Source: Bacilli bacterium
Lineage (GTDB): Bacteria > Bacillota_I > Bacilli_A > RF39 > UBA660
Length of the DNA stretch: 64,000 bases
Reading direction: 5' to 3'
Assembly: GCA_017459425.1 (NCBI GenBank)
Contig: JAFUCZ010000030.1
Span: 83,651-147,650, forward strand
This document shows, piece after piece, positions 10,022-20,560 of the stretch. Position 1 is the first letter of the stretch. Every line of letters begins with the position of its first letter. Below the pieces are notes generated by a model. That model was given only the letters and a program-made list of their open reading frames with translations, was not told the origin of the DNA and made no database searches. The position numbers and the translations under genes are program-made.

Positions 10022-10357
10022 ATGGCAAAAGCATACTCTACCTTTGAAGGTAAAAAAGTTCGAAAAATTTATATTAATGATTGTTGGTATTTTTGCCTTA
10101 GTGATGTTGTGCATTGTATTACAAATTCTAAAGATTCAAAATTATATTTAAAAGATTTAAGACGAAGAAAACCAAATATAAAAGAAAAATGGAACTTACT
10201 TTGCCCTTTATATCCAATTCAAACTAAAGGTGGATATCAAAAATTAAAATGCGTAAATTATGATAGCTTGCAAATTCTTTTTGAAACTAGTAGAAGTGTA
10301 AAGAAAGAAAAATTCTTTAAGTGGGTTAGAAGAGTTAGTAAGCAAAAAAATGATTAA
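10022..10357 (+). CDS. Bro-N / phage antirepressor-like domain protein
   Basis: A 111-aa protein. The pattern FEGKKVRKIYINDCWYFCLSDVV is BRO-N-like. Confidence 0.45.
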   Translation: MAKAYSTFEGKKVRKIYINDCWYFCLSDVVHCITNSKDSKLYLKDLRRRKPNIKEKWNLLCPLYPIQTKGGYQKLKCVNYDSLQILFETSRSVKKEKFFKWVRRVSKQKND

Positions 10358-10391
10358 ACTACATGTGTAGTTTTTTCTTTAAGGAGTTAAT

Positions 10392-11219
10392 ATGGAATAT
10401 TATAAAGAAGTAGAAAGAAGTATTATAAAAAAGTATAGAAAAGAAATATGGTCTAAATTTGTTAAGGCAGTAAGTGATTATAAACTGATAGAAGAAAATG
10501 ATAATATTATGGTTTGTATTAGTGGTGGTAAGGATTCATTTTTAATGGCTAAATGTATAGAAGAATTAATAAAACACGGTAAATTTAAATTTAATGCACA
10601 TTATGTAGTAATGGATCCAGGATATAATCCTTTAAATAAAAAAAAGATTTTAGAAAATGCGAAAAAACTAAATATAAATATTGAAATGTTTGAAAGTAAT
10701 ATATTTGATGTAGTTAAGGATATCGAGGAAAGCCCATGCTATTTGTGTGCTAGGATGAGAAGAGGGTATTTATACAATAAGGCAAAAGAATTAAAATGCA
10801 ATAAAATTGCTTTAGGACATCATTTTGATGATGTGATTGAAACTACACTTTTGTCTATGTTTTACGGCAGTGAAGTTAAAACAATGCTTCCAAAACTTCA
10901 TAGCACAAATTATAAGGGTATTGAATTAATTAGACCTATGTATTTAATTCATGAACAAGACATTATTTCTTGGAAGAATTTTAACAAATTAAATTTCTTA
11001 AATTGCGCTTGTAGATTTACGGAAGATTATTCTTTAAATAAAACTGATAGTAAAAGAGAAGAAATAAAAAAATTAATTAAAGATATGAAAAAAATTAATA
11101 AAAATGTAGATCATAATATTTTTAAAAGTTTAGATAATATTAATTTAGATTGTGTACTTGGATATAATAAAAATAAAGAATACCATTCTTTTTTAGACGA
11201 GTATGATTTGGAGGATTAA
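10392..11219 (+). CDS. ttcA: tRNA 2-thiocytidine synthetase TtcA-family PP-loop ATPase
   Basis: A PP-loop CISGGKDS and CxxC pairs are present. Confidence 0.7.
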   Translation: MEYYKEVERSIIKKYRKEIWSKFVKAVSDYKLIEENDNIMVCISGGKDSFLMAKCIEELIKHGKFKFNAHYVVMDPGYNPLNKKKILENAKKLNINIEMFESNIFDVVKDIEESPCYLCARMRRGYLYNKAKELKCNKIALGHHFDDVIETTLLSMFYGSEVKTMLPKLHSTNYKGIELIRPMYLIHEQDIISWKNFNKLNFLNCACRFTEDYSLNKTDSKREEIKKLIKDMKKINKNVDHNIFKSLDNINLDCVLGYNKNKEYHSFLDEYDLED

Positions 11220-12401
11220 GTGAAGAAATTATTAATTGTTATTTTTTGTTTAATCTTTATATTTTCATGTTTTAAATTATATAATTATATTAGAATTAAG
11301 ACTGCTAAAATAGAGGTTGTTTTAAATGATGATTTGAATTTAGAATTTAGTTCGAAAAGAAAAGTATCTAGTTTTATTAAAAATATTAATGGAACAATAA
11401 TTGATGACTATGTAATTGATTCTACAATTTTAGGTGAAAAGAAAGTAAAATTTAAATTTATTAATGATGATAATATAGAAGTATCTTATCAATATAAAGT
11501 AAATGTAGTTGATACTAAAGAACCGTTAATATGGTTAGGTAAAAGTATTAGTATAGCAAAAGGTGAAAATATAAATTTAGAAAAAACAATTTTATGTGGT
11601 GATAATTATGATCCTACACCTAAGTGTTTTGTTGAGGGAATTTATGATATCAATACAGTTGGGGATTATGAATTAGTATTTAAAGCTGTTGATAATAGTG
11701 GTAATAGTGAACAAGTTCCATTTACATTAAAAGTATATGAACCAGTTAATACATATGATGAAAAAAAAGAAAATAATTTTACTGATTTTACCGAAGTTAT
11801 TAATAAGTACAAAACTAATAATAATAAAATAGGTATAGATGTGTCTCACTGGCAAGGAGAAATCGATTTTAAAGCATTAAAGAATGCGGGTGTAGAATTT
11901 ATTATGATTAGATTAGGTGGTACAAAAGGAACCAATGGAGAATATTTTGTTGATAAATATTTTAAAAGAAATATTAAAGAGGCAAAGAAATATAATATAA
12001 AAGTTGGTGTATATTTTTATTCATATGCAAATAGTATTAAATCTTCATTAAAAGATTCAAATTGGGTAATTAAACAATTAAAGAAATATGATTTAGATCT
12101 TCCTATAGCTTTTGATTGGGAAGAATGGAGATATTTTAATGATTATAATTTAAGTTTTTTTGGACTTACATCTATTGCTGATGCTTTCTTAGATAATATT
12201 GAAAAACATGGATATAAAGGAATGCTTTATAGTAGCAAAAATTATTTAGAAAAAATTTGGATGGAAAATGATTATGATATTTGGTTAGCCCACTATACTG
12301 ATAAAACAGATTATGAAGGTACTTATAAAATGTGGCAAATATGTGAAAATGGTAAAGTTGATGGTATAAATGGAATGGTTGATATAGATATTATGTATTA
12401 A
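11220..12401 (+). CDS. GH25 muramidase (lysozyme) with N-terminal TM and Ig-like region
   Basis: The GH25 catalytic region is GIDVSHWQGEIDFKALKNAGVEFIMIRLG. Confidence 0.75.
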   Translation: MKKLLIVIFCLIFIFSCFKLYNYIRIKTAKIEVVLNDDLNLEFSSKRKVSSFIKNINGTIIDDYVIDSTILGEKKVKFKFINDDNIEVSYQYKVNVVDTKEPLIWLGKSISIAKGENINLEKTILCGDNYDPTPKCFVEGIYDINTVGDYELVFKAVDNSGNSEQVPFTLKVYEPVNTYDEKKENNFTDFTEVINKYKTNNNKIGIDVSHWQGEIDFKALKNAGVEFIMIRLGGTKGTNGEYFVDKYFKRNIKEAKKYNIKVGVYFYSYANSIKSSLKDSNWVIKQLKKYDLDLPIAFDWEEWRYFNDYNLSFFGLTSIADAFLDNIEKHGYKGMLYSSKNYLEKIWMENDYDIWLAHYTDKTDYEGTYKMWQICENGKVDGINGMVDIDIMY

Positions 12402-12470
12402 AAGCTAAAAAGCTTTTTTTCTTTTATATTATTGATTAAATTAGGTTATTGGTTTATAATTATATTGCAT

Positions 12471-12544
12471 TGCCCCATAGCCAAGCGGTAAGGCAGCGGA
12501 CTCTGACTCCGATATCGTTGGTTCGAATCCAACTGGGGCAGCCA
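12471..12544 (+). tRNA. tRNA-Gln (anticodon CUG)
   Basis: The cloverleaf was parsed by hand. The acceptor is TGCCCCA/TGGGGCA. The anticodon loop is CUCUGAC. The T-arm is GTTGG-TTCGAAT-CCAAC and a CCA end is present. Confidence 0.85.
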
Positions 12545-12565
12545 AAAAAAATAAGGAGGAAAAAT

Positions 12566-14215
12566 ATGACTACAAAAGATTTAGCAAATTTAATATTTCC
12601 TGATATAGATAAAACTATTGAAGATTATAAAAATATGTATCCAGAAAGAAATCTAAAAGAGGGGGCTAAAGTAACTCGTTTCGCACCTTCTCCTACAGGA
12701 TTTATGCATATTGGTAATTTTCAAAGTGCTTTAATTGATTATGTTATAGCTAAAAATAGTGAAGGTGTTTTTTATTTAAGATTTGAAGACACTGATCAAA
12801 TGCGTGAAGTAAAAGATGCTTATTCTGTAATTTTTAATATTTTAAATGATTATAAAATGCTTCCTGATGAATATGAATACGATGGAAAAACTGTTGGGAA
12901 TTATGGCCCATATGTTCAAAGTAAAAGAAAAGAAATATATCATACTTTTATAAAACATTTGATTGAAATAGGTAGAGCATACCCATGTTTTTGTTCAAAA
13001 GAAAAACTAGATGAAATGAGGGAGAGTCAAACATCTAGAAAAAAAAGAATTGGATATTATGGAGTATATGCGACATGTAGAAAACTATCAGTTGAGGAAC
13101 AAATTGAAAAAATAAAAAATAATGAACCATATGTTATAAGATTTAAATCTAATGGTAATAATGAACAAAAATTTAAATTTGATGATTTAGTTAGAGGTAC
13201 GTTATTAATCCCTGAAAATGATATGGACTTTATTATTATGAAGTCAAGTGATAAATTACCTACGTATCATTTTGCTCATTTTGTAGATGATTATTTAATG
13301 CATACTACTCATGTTGTAAGAGGTGAAGAATGGTTATCTTCTGTTCCTATTCATGTAGAATTATTTAATGCATTTGGAGTTAAACCACCTAAGTATATAC
13401 ATACTCCATTGATACTTAAAAAAGATGGAGAAAATGTTAGAAAGATAAGTAAAAGGAAAGATCCAGAAGCTTCAATGTCTTATTATAAAGAAAAGTGTTA
13501 TCCAATAGAATCAGTAATTGAATCATTAATGACAATTATTAATTCCAATTATGAACAATGGCATGAATCTAATTTAGAAAAAACTTATTTAGATTTTACT
13601 TTTAGCCCTAAGAAAATGTCGGCATCAGGTGGTGCTTTATATGATATTGAAAAATTAAATAATATTTCTAAAAACTTTATTAGTAAGTTAAGCGCCAGTG
13701 AAGTATATGATAGAGTACTTAATTGGGCCAAGATATATGATAATGATTTTTATGAACTACTTTCTAAATATAAAGAATATTCAATAAATGTATTTAATAT
13801 TGAAAGAGAACAAAAGAAACCTCGTAAAGATTATGAAAACTATTTTAGTGTAAAAAAACAGGTTTGGTACATGTATGATGAATTGTTTGGTGATAGTTTA
13901 GAGTATAATTTTGATAAAATAAATGATAAAGAAGAAATTTCTAAAATATTAAAAACATATATTGAAATGTATAATGAATCAGATGATAAAGATACATGGT
14001 TTAATAAAGTCAAAGAATTAACTGAAAAGTTAGGGTATTGTTCTAATATGAAAGAATATAAATTAAATCCTGATAAATATAAGGGAAGTGTAGCTGATAT
14101 TAGTACTGTGATTAGAGTTGCAGTTACAACTCTTACTATGACACCAGATTTATATGAAATTTTAAGATTACTTGGTAAAGAAAGAATTGAAAAAAGATTT
14201 GAAATGTTGTATTAA
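12566..14215 (+). CDS. gltX: glutamyl-tRNA synthetase (probably non-discriminating)
   Basis: Motifs PSPTGFMHIGN (HIGH) and KISKR (KMSKS) are present. The RBS AAGGAGG lies 8 nt upstream. The ORF-track N-terminal extension, which covers the tRNA, is spurious. Confidence 0.85.
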   Translation: MTTKDLANLIFPDIDKTIEDYKNMYPERNLKEGAKVTRFAPSPTGFMHIGNFQSALIDYVIAKNSEGVFYLRFEDTDQMREVKDAYSVIFNILNDYKMLPDEYEYDGKTVGNYGPYVQSKRKEIYHTFIKHLIEIGRAYPCFCSKEKLDEMRESQTSRKKRIGYYGVYATCRKLSVEEQIEKIKNNEPYVIRFKSNGNNEQKFKFDDLVRGTLLIPENDMDFIIMKSSDKLPTYHFAHFVDDYLMHTTHVVRGEEWLSSVPIHVELFNAFGVKPPKYIHTPLILKKDGENVRKISKRKDPEASMSYYKEKCYPIESVIESLMTIINSNYEQWHESNLEKTYLDFTFSPKKMSASGGALYDIEKLNNISKNFISKLSASEVYDRVLNWAKIYDNDFYELLSKYKEYSINVFNIEREQKKPRKDYENYFSVKKQVWYMYDELFGDSLEYNFDKINDKEEISKILKTYIEMYNESDDKDTWFNKVKELTEKLGYCSNMKEYKLNPDKYKGSVADISTVIRVAVTTLTMTPDLYEILRLLGKERIEKRFEMLY

Positions 14216-14329
14216 AACCTATTTTATAATAGGTTTTTCTTTAAATGTTAATGTTAGTTGACAAATTTCCAAGTACACTTGGTTGAGCGCAACTGAAATT
14301 TATAGTAAAATTTTATTCGAGGTGAGAAA

Positions 14330-14932
14330 ATGAGTTTAGGTGAAAGACTAATTAGTTTTAGAAAAAAACTAAATTTATCACAAGAGGAGGTAGCTGAAAA
14401 GTTAGGCGTTACTAGACAAACTGTTTCAAAATGGGAAACTGATCAAAGTACACCAGATTTTGATAAGATAGTTCCTATTTGTGAACTTTATTCAATATCA
14501 ACTAATGAATTAATTAATGGTGAAGCTGAAGAAATTAAATCTGTAGATGTAGGTGATAACAATAAAAGAACTAAAGGAATAATACTTGGTGTATTTTTGT
14601 ATTTTGTTGCTGTTATATCCATAATGATTACTGTACCAGTACTTACAATAAATCCTGTAGTAGGAGCTGCAATATTTTTAGGTGTTTGCGCTATAGCTAC
14701 ATGTATAATAATATATACTTGTATAACTTATAAAAAAGAAAAGAAAGAAGAAGATACGTTATATAAACAAATTGATAATATTATAGCTATAATATTTTTG
14801 ATAATTTATTTATTAGTTAGTTTTATTAGTATGGCATGGCACATTACATGGATAATATGGATTATATATGCACTTGTGAGTAGTATAGTAAAATTAATTT
14901 TATCTTTAAGAGGTGATGATAATGAAAAATAA
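14330..14932 (+). CDS. XRE-family HTH regulator with C-terminal transmembrane segments
   Basis: An N-terminal LSQEEVAEKLGVTRQTVSKWE HTH is followed by hydrophobic helices. Confidence 0.7.
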   Translation: MSLGERLISFRKKLNLSQEEVAEKLGVTRQTVSKWETDQSTPDFDKIVPICELYSISTNELINGEAEEIKSVDVGDNNKRTKGIILGVFLYFVAVISIMITVPVLTINPVVGAAIFLGVCAIATCIIIYTCITYKKEKKEEDTLYKQIDNIIAIIFLIIYLLVSFISMAWHITWIIWIIYALVSSIVKLILSLRGDDNEK

Positions 14933-15803
14933 ACCACTAATAATTGTATTAATAGTATTACTTAGTATTATAACTTTATGTGTAAGTAGTGTATTTGTAT
15001 TTTTACTTGTTAATAAGAATTTTAGCTTTAATATAGGTAGTTATAAAGTAAGTAAAAAAATAGTATTTGATAAAACATTTGAAGAGGATTTTAATGAAAT
15101 AAGTATAAATTCAAAAGCAAGTGAAATTAAAATTCTTGAAAGTGATAATAATAAATTTAGAGTAGTTATATATGGATCTAAGGATAAATTTAGTGTTGAA
15201 AATTATGATGGTAAATTAGATATTAAATTAGATAAAAAAACATGTAAAGGTATTTGTTTAAATAGAACAATATATAGTACTCTAGTTTATATTCCAAAGA
15301 ATTATAATAAAAAAATAATTATTGATAATAAATACGGAGATATTCATATTAATGATTTTGAAAGTATGAATTTAGATGTTAAATTAAATGCTGGTGATAT
15401 TAAAGTAGATAGAGTTAATATTGCTAAAATAACGAATGATTATGGAGATATTTTTGTTAATTATGTAAAAAAGATAAATGTACTTGAAAAATGTGGAGAT
15501 GTTGAAATTAAATCAGGAAATAGTATTACAGTAAAAAACAATTATGGAGATATTGATATTAATAAAGTAAATGAATATTTAAATGCAGAAAATAATTGTG
15601 GAGATATAAGTATTAATAATTTAAATATTTTGAAAAATTCAAAAATTAAAGATGATTATGGAGATATTGAAATAGGAAGTACTAATGAAATAAGAATAAA
15701 TGCAAGTACTAGTTTAGGTGATACTAAAATAAGAAACAATTATAAATCAGATATTACACTTGATATAAAAAATAGTTGTGGTGATATTGAAGTTAATAAT
15801 TAA
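14913..15803 (+). CDS. DUF4097-like putative adhesin/beta-helix repeat protein
   Basis: The motif (N/K)YGDI(D/E/F)I repeats about ten times. There is an N-terminal TM segment. Confidence 0.5.
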   Translation: MMIMKNKPLIIVLIVLLSIITLCVSSVFVFLLVNKNFSFNIGSYKVSKKIVFDKTFEEDFNEISINSKASEIKILESDNNKFRVVIYGSKDKFSVENYDGKLDIKLDKKTCKGICLNRTIYSTLVYIPKNYNKKIIIDNKYGDIHINDFESMNLDVKLNAGDIKVDRVNIAKITNDYGDIFVNYVKKINVLEKCGDVEIKSGNSITVKNNYGDIDINKVNEYLNAENNCGDISINNLNILKNSKIKDDYGDIEIGSTNEIRINASTSLGDTKIRNNYKSDITLDIKNSCGDIEVNN

Positions 15804-15857
15804 GTAAGTATAATATACTTACTTTTTTTGATATAATAATTTAAAGAAGGTGTAGAT

Positions 15858-16583
15858 ATGTATGATTTATATTTTGAATGTTTTAATGGTATAAGTGGTG
15901 ATATGACAGTTGCGTCACTTTTAGATTTAGGTGTTCCAACAGATAAATTGTTAGATACTTTACATGAATTGCAAATAGATGATGAATTTGATATAAAAGT
16001 ATCTAAAGTTAATAAAGTAGGTGTTTTAGCAACTGATTTTGATGTTATAGTAAATAATACTAATGTATCTGAGCGTAATATTGATGATGTATTTGAAATA
16101 TTAAATAGATTAAGTGATGAAAGTGTAAAAGAATTGTCAAAGAAAATTTTTATGATAAATGCTGACGCATTATCTAAGGCACATAAAGTAGATATAAAAG
16201 AAGTTACTTTTCATGAAAAAGGTGCAATTGATTCTATGATAGATATTGTAAGTGCTTCGTTTTGTATTAACTATTTAAATGTAAAAAATATTTATTTTTC
16301 AACTTTATATGATGGAAGTGGATATACAAAGACAAGAAAAGGGTTGTTAAAAGTCCCGGTACCGGCTGTTATTAATATTACTAATGACTATAATATACCA
16401 ATAAAAATAACGGATAATATTGGTGAACAAATAACACCAACTGGAGCTAGTATTGTTGCTGCGGTAAGAGATGGTAATGTAAAAGAAAAATTTATTGTTA
16501 AAAAAATTGGAATAGGTGCTGGTAAAAAGTATAATGATAGGCCTAGTGTATTAAGGGCAATGTTAATTGAAAATGATAATTAA
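15858..16583 (+). CDS. LarC-family (DUF111) N-terminal domain protein
   Basis: The LarC N-terminal signature FECFNGISGDM..ASLLDLG is present. Only about 240 aa, so the C-terminal domain is absent. Confidence 0.5.
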   Translation: MYDLYFECFNGISGDMTVASLLDLGVPTDKLLDTLHELQIDDEFDIKVSKVNKVGVLATDFDVIVNNTNVSERNIDDVFEILNRLSDESVKELSKKIFMINADALSKAHKVDIKEVTFHEKGAIDSMIDIVSASFCINYLNVKNIYFSTLYDGSGYTKTRKGLLKVPVPAVINITNDYNIPIKITDNIGEQITPTGASIVAAVRDGNVKEKFIVKKIGIGAGKKYNDRPSVLRAMLIENDN

Positions 16584-16639
16584 GATATTTACTTTATTCT
16601 ATAATAAATGTTAAAATATATAATGAAAGGATTGATAAA

Positions 16640-17527
16640 ATGGAAAAATCAATAGTTTATTTTACAAAAGAAATTACACCAAATTCTTTAATAAGAATAT
16701 ATGAAAAATTAGGTGTAGAATTAAAAGGTAAAGTAGGTGTAAAGATATCAACTGGAGAACCTGGGGGAAATAATTATTTGAAACCCGAATTAATTGGTGA
16801 CTTAGTTAAAAAATTAAATGCTAATATAATAGAATGCAATACTGCATATAGTGGTAAAAGAAATACTGCAAGTGATCATATGAAAGCAGCCCAAGAACAT
16901 GGATTTACTAATATTGCTACTGTAGATATTATGGATAGTGATGGTGAATTTGAAATACCTGTTAATGGTAAACATTTGGATGTAGATATAGTTGGTAATC
17001 ATTTGAAAAATTATGATTCAATGTTAGAATTATCACATTTTAAAGGTCATGCTATGGGAGGCTTTGGAGGAGCATTAAAGAATCAATCAATAGGTGTTGC
17101 TTCTCGTAATGGTAAGGCATATATTCATAGCGCAGGTGTTACTAGTAATCCAGATGAATGTTGGAATAAATTACCTTTACAAGATGATTTTTTAGAGTCT
17201 ATGGCTGAGGCTGCTAAAGGTGTAGCTGATTATTTTAAAAATAATAATAAAACAATTTTATATATAAATGTTATGAATAATTTATCTGTAGATTGTGATT
17301 GTGATTCTAGTCCAGAAGATCCATGTATGGATGATATTGGTATACTTGCATCAATTGATCCAGTAGCCCTTGATCAAGCATGTATTGATAAAATATGGAA
17401 TTCTACTGATAGAGGTAGAGATCATTTTATTGAAAGAGTAGAAAGACAAAATGGACGTCATATACTGGAGTATGCTGAAAGTATAGGATTTGGTTCAAGA
17501 GAATATGAATTAGTTAATATAGATTAG
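16640..17527 (+). CDS. DUF362-domain protein with Cys-rich (CDCDSSPEDPC) cluster
   Basis: Similar to the DUF362 family. A Cys cluster is present. Confidence 0.45.
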   Translation: MEKSIVYFTKEITPNSLIRIYEKLGVELKGKVGVKISTGEPGGNNYLKPELIGDLVKKLNANIIECNTAYSGKRNTASDHMKAAQEHGFTNIATVDIMDSDGEFEIPVNGKHLDVDIVGNHLKNYDSMLELSHFKGHAMGGFGGALKNQSIGVASRNGKAYIHSAGVTSNPDECWNKLPLQDDFLESMAEAAKGVADYFKNNNKTILYINVMNNLSVDCDCDSSPEDPCMDDIGILASIDPVALDQACIDKIWNSTDRGRDHFIERVERQNGRHILEYAESIGFGSREYELVNID

Positions 17528-17534
17528 GTGCAGT

Positions 17535-18101
17535 ATGGAAAAAAGAATTGAATTAGATAATGGAAGAGTTATTATTTTAAGTATTGTGCCAGGACATGCT
17601 TGTTCTACTATAACTTTACAAGAAGGATTTTTAGTTAATGATAATTTAGAAAAAAGTTATACTTTATCTAAGTGGGATGATTATGGATTTAATGCGTTTA
17701 GTTATGAAGATAAAAATGAATTGTCATTTGATTTTGATGTTAATCATCCACTATATTTTCCTTTGTTACACTTACTAAATGAAGATGAATTACTAATAAT
17801 AGATGATGATGGTACTAATGAATTGAATAAAAAATATTTAGAAGTAAAGAAAGTAAATGATATTATTCAAATTACATTTGTAAATAACTTAGATTTAGAA
17901 AGTGATATGGATTTTGAAAAATATAATGTTTTTATAAAAAATATTTTATATGATGGAAGAAGTAAAATTGATCAGCAATGTAAAGATACAAAAGAGAGAT
18001 TAATTAGGTTTTTTGATGAATGTATTAATATTTTAACTGAGGAATATCATCAAGTAACTTTTGAAGAATACATGGTTAAAAAGAAAGTATATAGAATTTA
18101 A
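17535..18101 (+). CDS. hypothetical protein
   Basis: An ORF with an RBS. No motif recognised. Confidence 0.3.
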   Translation: MEKRIELDNGRVIILSIVPGHACSTITLQEGFLVNDNLEKSYTLSKWDDYGFNAFSYEDKNELSFDFDVNHPLYFPLLHLLNEDELLIIDDDGTNELNKKYLEVKKVNDIIQITFVNNLDLESDMDFEKYNVFIKNILYDGRSKIDQQCKDTKERLIRFFDECINILTEEYHQVTFEEYMVKKKVYRI

Positions 18102-18291
18102 AAAAGTAATTGTTAAACTAATGAGTTTTCGGTATAATTAAAATGTATTAAATAGTTTTCCTGATATTTATATGACAATTTATACGGTAAAGTGTATTTC
18201 TAGAGGCAAAATATAAATATGTATGATGCGGAGATACTTATTTTAAAAATAGTGTCTCCTTTTTTTGTTATTTTAAAAAGGAGGCTATAGA

Positions 18292-18468
18292 ATGAATGAA
18301 ATAATAGAAAAAGAAATAATTAATGTCGAGAATATGATTCATGAAATTAATGGAGTAGAGGTGATGTTGGATTCAAATTTAGCTAAACTATATCATGTTG
18401 AAACTAAAAGAATTAATAAATTATTTGATAAGTTTAATCCAAGAGATAGTATAAATATAAAAATATAA
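18292..18468 (+). pseudogene. ORF6N/KilA-N-like domain fragment (58 codons)
   Basis: The sequence GVEVMLDSNLAKLYHVETKRINK matches the ORF6N consensus. The reading frame terminates early. Confidence 0.35.
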
Positions 18469-18490
18469 CATATAATAAAAATGTAATTCT

Positions 18491-18517
18491 TTAGCACTCC
18501 CTCTTGACAAGTGCTAA
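18491..18517 (+). promoter_or_regulatory. CIRCE operator (HrcA binding site) TTAGCACTC-N9-AAGTGCTAA
   Basis: 26 of 27 match the CIRCE consensus. It lies about 90 nt upstream of the hsp20 gene. TTGACA is embedded in the spacer. Confidence 0.7.
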
Positions 18518-18605
18518 AGAAAGTGATATTATTAGATTGTAGTGAAAAGCTACTGTATTAATATTATATTGTGCTACCAATTCGTAACACTATTATGAAA
18601 GGAAG

Positions 18606-19031
18606 ATGATAAATATGATGTTAGTACCAAGAAGAAATAGTTTTGATTTATTTGATGACTTTTTTGATGATGGATTTTTTCCTAAAAAACAAAGAAATTT
18701 AATGAGAACAGATATCAAAGAAAAAAAGGATGAATATGTAATTGATATTGATTTACCTGGTTTTAGTAAAGAAAATATTAATTTATCTTTAAAAAATGGA
18801 TATCTTGATGTAAGTGCTAAAGTAGAACAAAATAATGATGATGAAGAGGAATCAAAATTTGTTCGTAGAGAAAGATTTTATGGAGAATGTTCAAGAAGTT
18901 TTTATGTAGGTGATGATATTACTGAAGAAGATATTAATGCTGAATTTAAGAATGGTATCTTAAAAATTGAAATACCTAAAAAAGAAGAAGTCAAAAAATT
19001 AGATGAAACAAAACAAATTGAAATTAAGTAA
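18606..19031 (+). CDS. Hsp20/alpha-crystallin small heat-shock protein
   Basis: An alpha-crystallin domain pattern with a C-terminal I-x-I (IEI) motif. The start may be ATG 18615. Confidence 0.8.
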   Translation: MINMMLVPRRNSFDLFDDFFDDGFFPKKQRNLMRTDIKEKKDEYVIDIDLPGFSKENINLSLKNGYLDVSAKVEQNNDDEEESKFVRRERFYGECSRSFYVGDDITEEDINAEFKNGILKIEIPKKEEVKKLDETKQIEIK

Positions 19032-19142
19032 TTAAGGTAATTTATTTACCTTTTTATTTTTGTCTAAATATGTTAATATAATTATGTATGATTTAGAATA
19101 CTTAATGTGTCTACATGTAAGAAACTATTTTTTTAAAGGAGA

Positions 19143-19613
19143 ATGAAAATGAAGGAAGTAATTGACATATTAACTAAAAAGAATAAAACTATTAGTACTA
19201 TGGAATCATGTACTGGTGGAGGAATTGCTAATGCGATTACTAATATAGAAGGTGCAAGTAATGTAATTAAATTTAGTGCTGTTACTTATTCTAATGAATA
19301 TAAAATTAAAATGGGTGTTAGTAAAGAAGTAATTGATAAGTATTCAGTATATAGTATTGAAACAGCTATGGAAATGAGTAAAAATATAAGTGATTTTTCT
19401 AATTCGGATTATGGAATTGGTATTACTGGTAAATTAAATAGAATAGATGAAAATAATTTATATGGTGAAGATAATGTAGTATTTATAAGTATTTATGATA
19501 AAGAATTTAATAAATATTATAATTATGATTTAGAAGTAAAAAAATCTAGTAGAAAAGAAAATAAAGAATTAGTAATTAATTTAGTTGTAGAAAAATTATT
19601 AGAAATAATATAG
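19143..19613 (+). CDS. CinA C-terminal domain / PncC-like nicotinamide-nucleotide amidohydrolase
   Basis: The sequence TMESCTGGGIANAITNIEGAS is typical of CinA_C. Confidence 0.6.
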   Translation: MKMKEVIDILTKKNKTISTMESCTGGGIANAITNIEGASNVIKFSAVTYSNEYKIKMGVSKEVIDKYSVYSIETAMEMSKNISDFSNSDYGIGITGKLNRIDENNLYGEDNVVFISIYDKEFNKYYNYDLEVKKSSRKENKELVINLVVEKLLEII

Positions 19614-19621
19614 GAGGTTTT

Positions 19622-20560
19622 ATGAAAAAAGTAATAGAGGTTAATAATTTAACAAAAGAATATAAGGGAGTAAAGGCCGTAGATGATTTATCCTTTGATG
19701 TAAATGAGGGTGAAATTTTAGGATTACTTGGGCCTAATGGTAGTGGTAAATCAACAACTATAAATTCTATATTATCTTTATTAAATTATAAAAGTGGTAA
19801 TATAAAAATATTTGGTAAAAAAATGGATACTAATGCTTATGATATTAAATCTAAAATAGGTGTTGTTTTTCAGGATGTAGCTGTTTTCGATGAATTAACT
19901 GTATATGAAAATATTGATTATTTTTGTGGATTGTATATAACCGATAAGAATAAAAGAAAACAATATGTAAGTGATGCACTTGATTTAGTAGGATTAAAAG
20001 AGTTTACTAAGTTTAGACCTAAACAATTATCAGGTGGATTATTAAGAAGACTTAATATTGCTTGTGGTATAGCTCATAAACCAAAACTTATATTTTTAGA
20101 TGAACCAACAGTAGCAGTTGATCCTCAAAGCAGAAATAATATTTTAGATGGTATAAAAAAATTAAGAGATAATGGTGCTACTATAGTGTATACTACTCAT
20201 TATATGGAAGAAGTAGAAATACTTTGTGATAGAGTAATTATTATAGATAAGGGTAAAATTATAGCCACAGGTACAGTAGATGAACTTAAAAATTTATCAA
20301 ATATTAAAGAAAAGGTTACTGTTGAAGTTTTAGATTTAAGTGATAAATATATTGAAGAAATTATGAGTTTAAAAAATGTAGATTCAGTAATTTATCAGAA
20401 TAATGAGTTATTTGTTACATATAAGAAGGGTAAGAATAACATTGTAGAGATGATTGATTATTTTAAAAATAAAAGAATTAATTATAGCAAAATATTTGTG
20501 GAACGTCCAACTTTAAATGATGTATTTTTAGAACTAACTGGTAAGGAATTAAGAGACTAG
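19622..20560 (+). CDS. ABC transporter ATP-binding protein
   Basis: Walker A is GPNGSGKST. The signature is LSGGLLRRL. Walker B is IFLDEP. Confidence 0.85.
   Translation: MKKVIEVNNLTKEYKGVKAVDDLSFDVNEGEILGLLGPNGSGKSTTINSILSLLNYKSGNIKIFGKKMDTNAYDIKSKIGVVFQDVAVFDELTVYENIDYFCGLYITDKNKRKQYVSDALDLVGLKEFTKFRPKQLSGGLLRRLNIACGIAHKPKLIFLDEPTVAVDPQSRNNILDGIKKLRDNGATIVYTTHYMEEVEILCDRVIIIDKGKIIATGTVDELKNLSNIKEKVTVEVLDLSDKYIEEIMSLKNVDSVIYQNNELFVTYKKGKNNIVEMIDYFKNKRINYSKIFVERPTLNDVFLELTGKELRD

Noticed and set aside
12449-12565. N-terminal extension of the gltX ORF in the six-frame track (MVYNYIALPHSQ...)
   Set aside because: It is translated straight through the tRNA-Gln gene. The real start with an RBS is ATG 12566.
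15858-17527. LarC split into LarC1/LarC2 across 15858-16583 and 16640-17527
   Set aside because: The second ORF looks like a DUF362 Fe-S type protein, not the LarC C-terminal CTP-binding domain.
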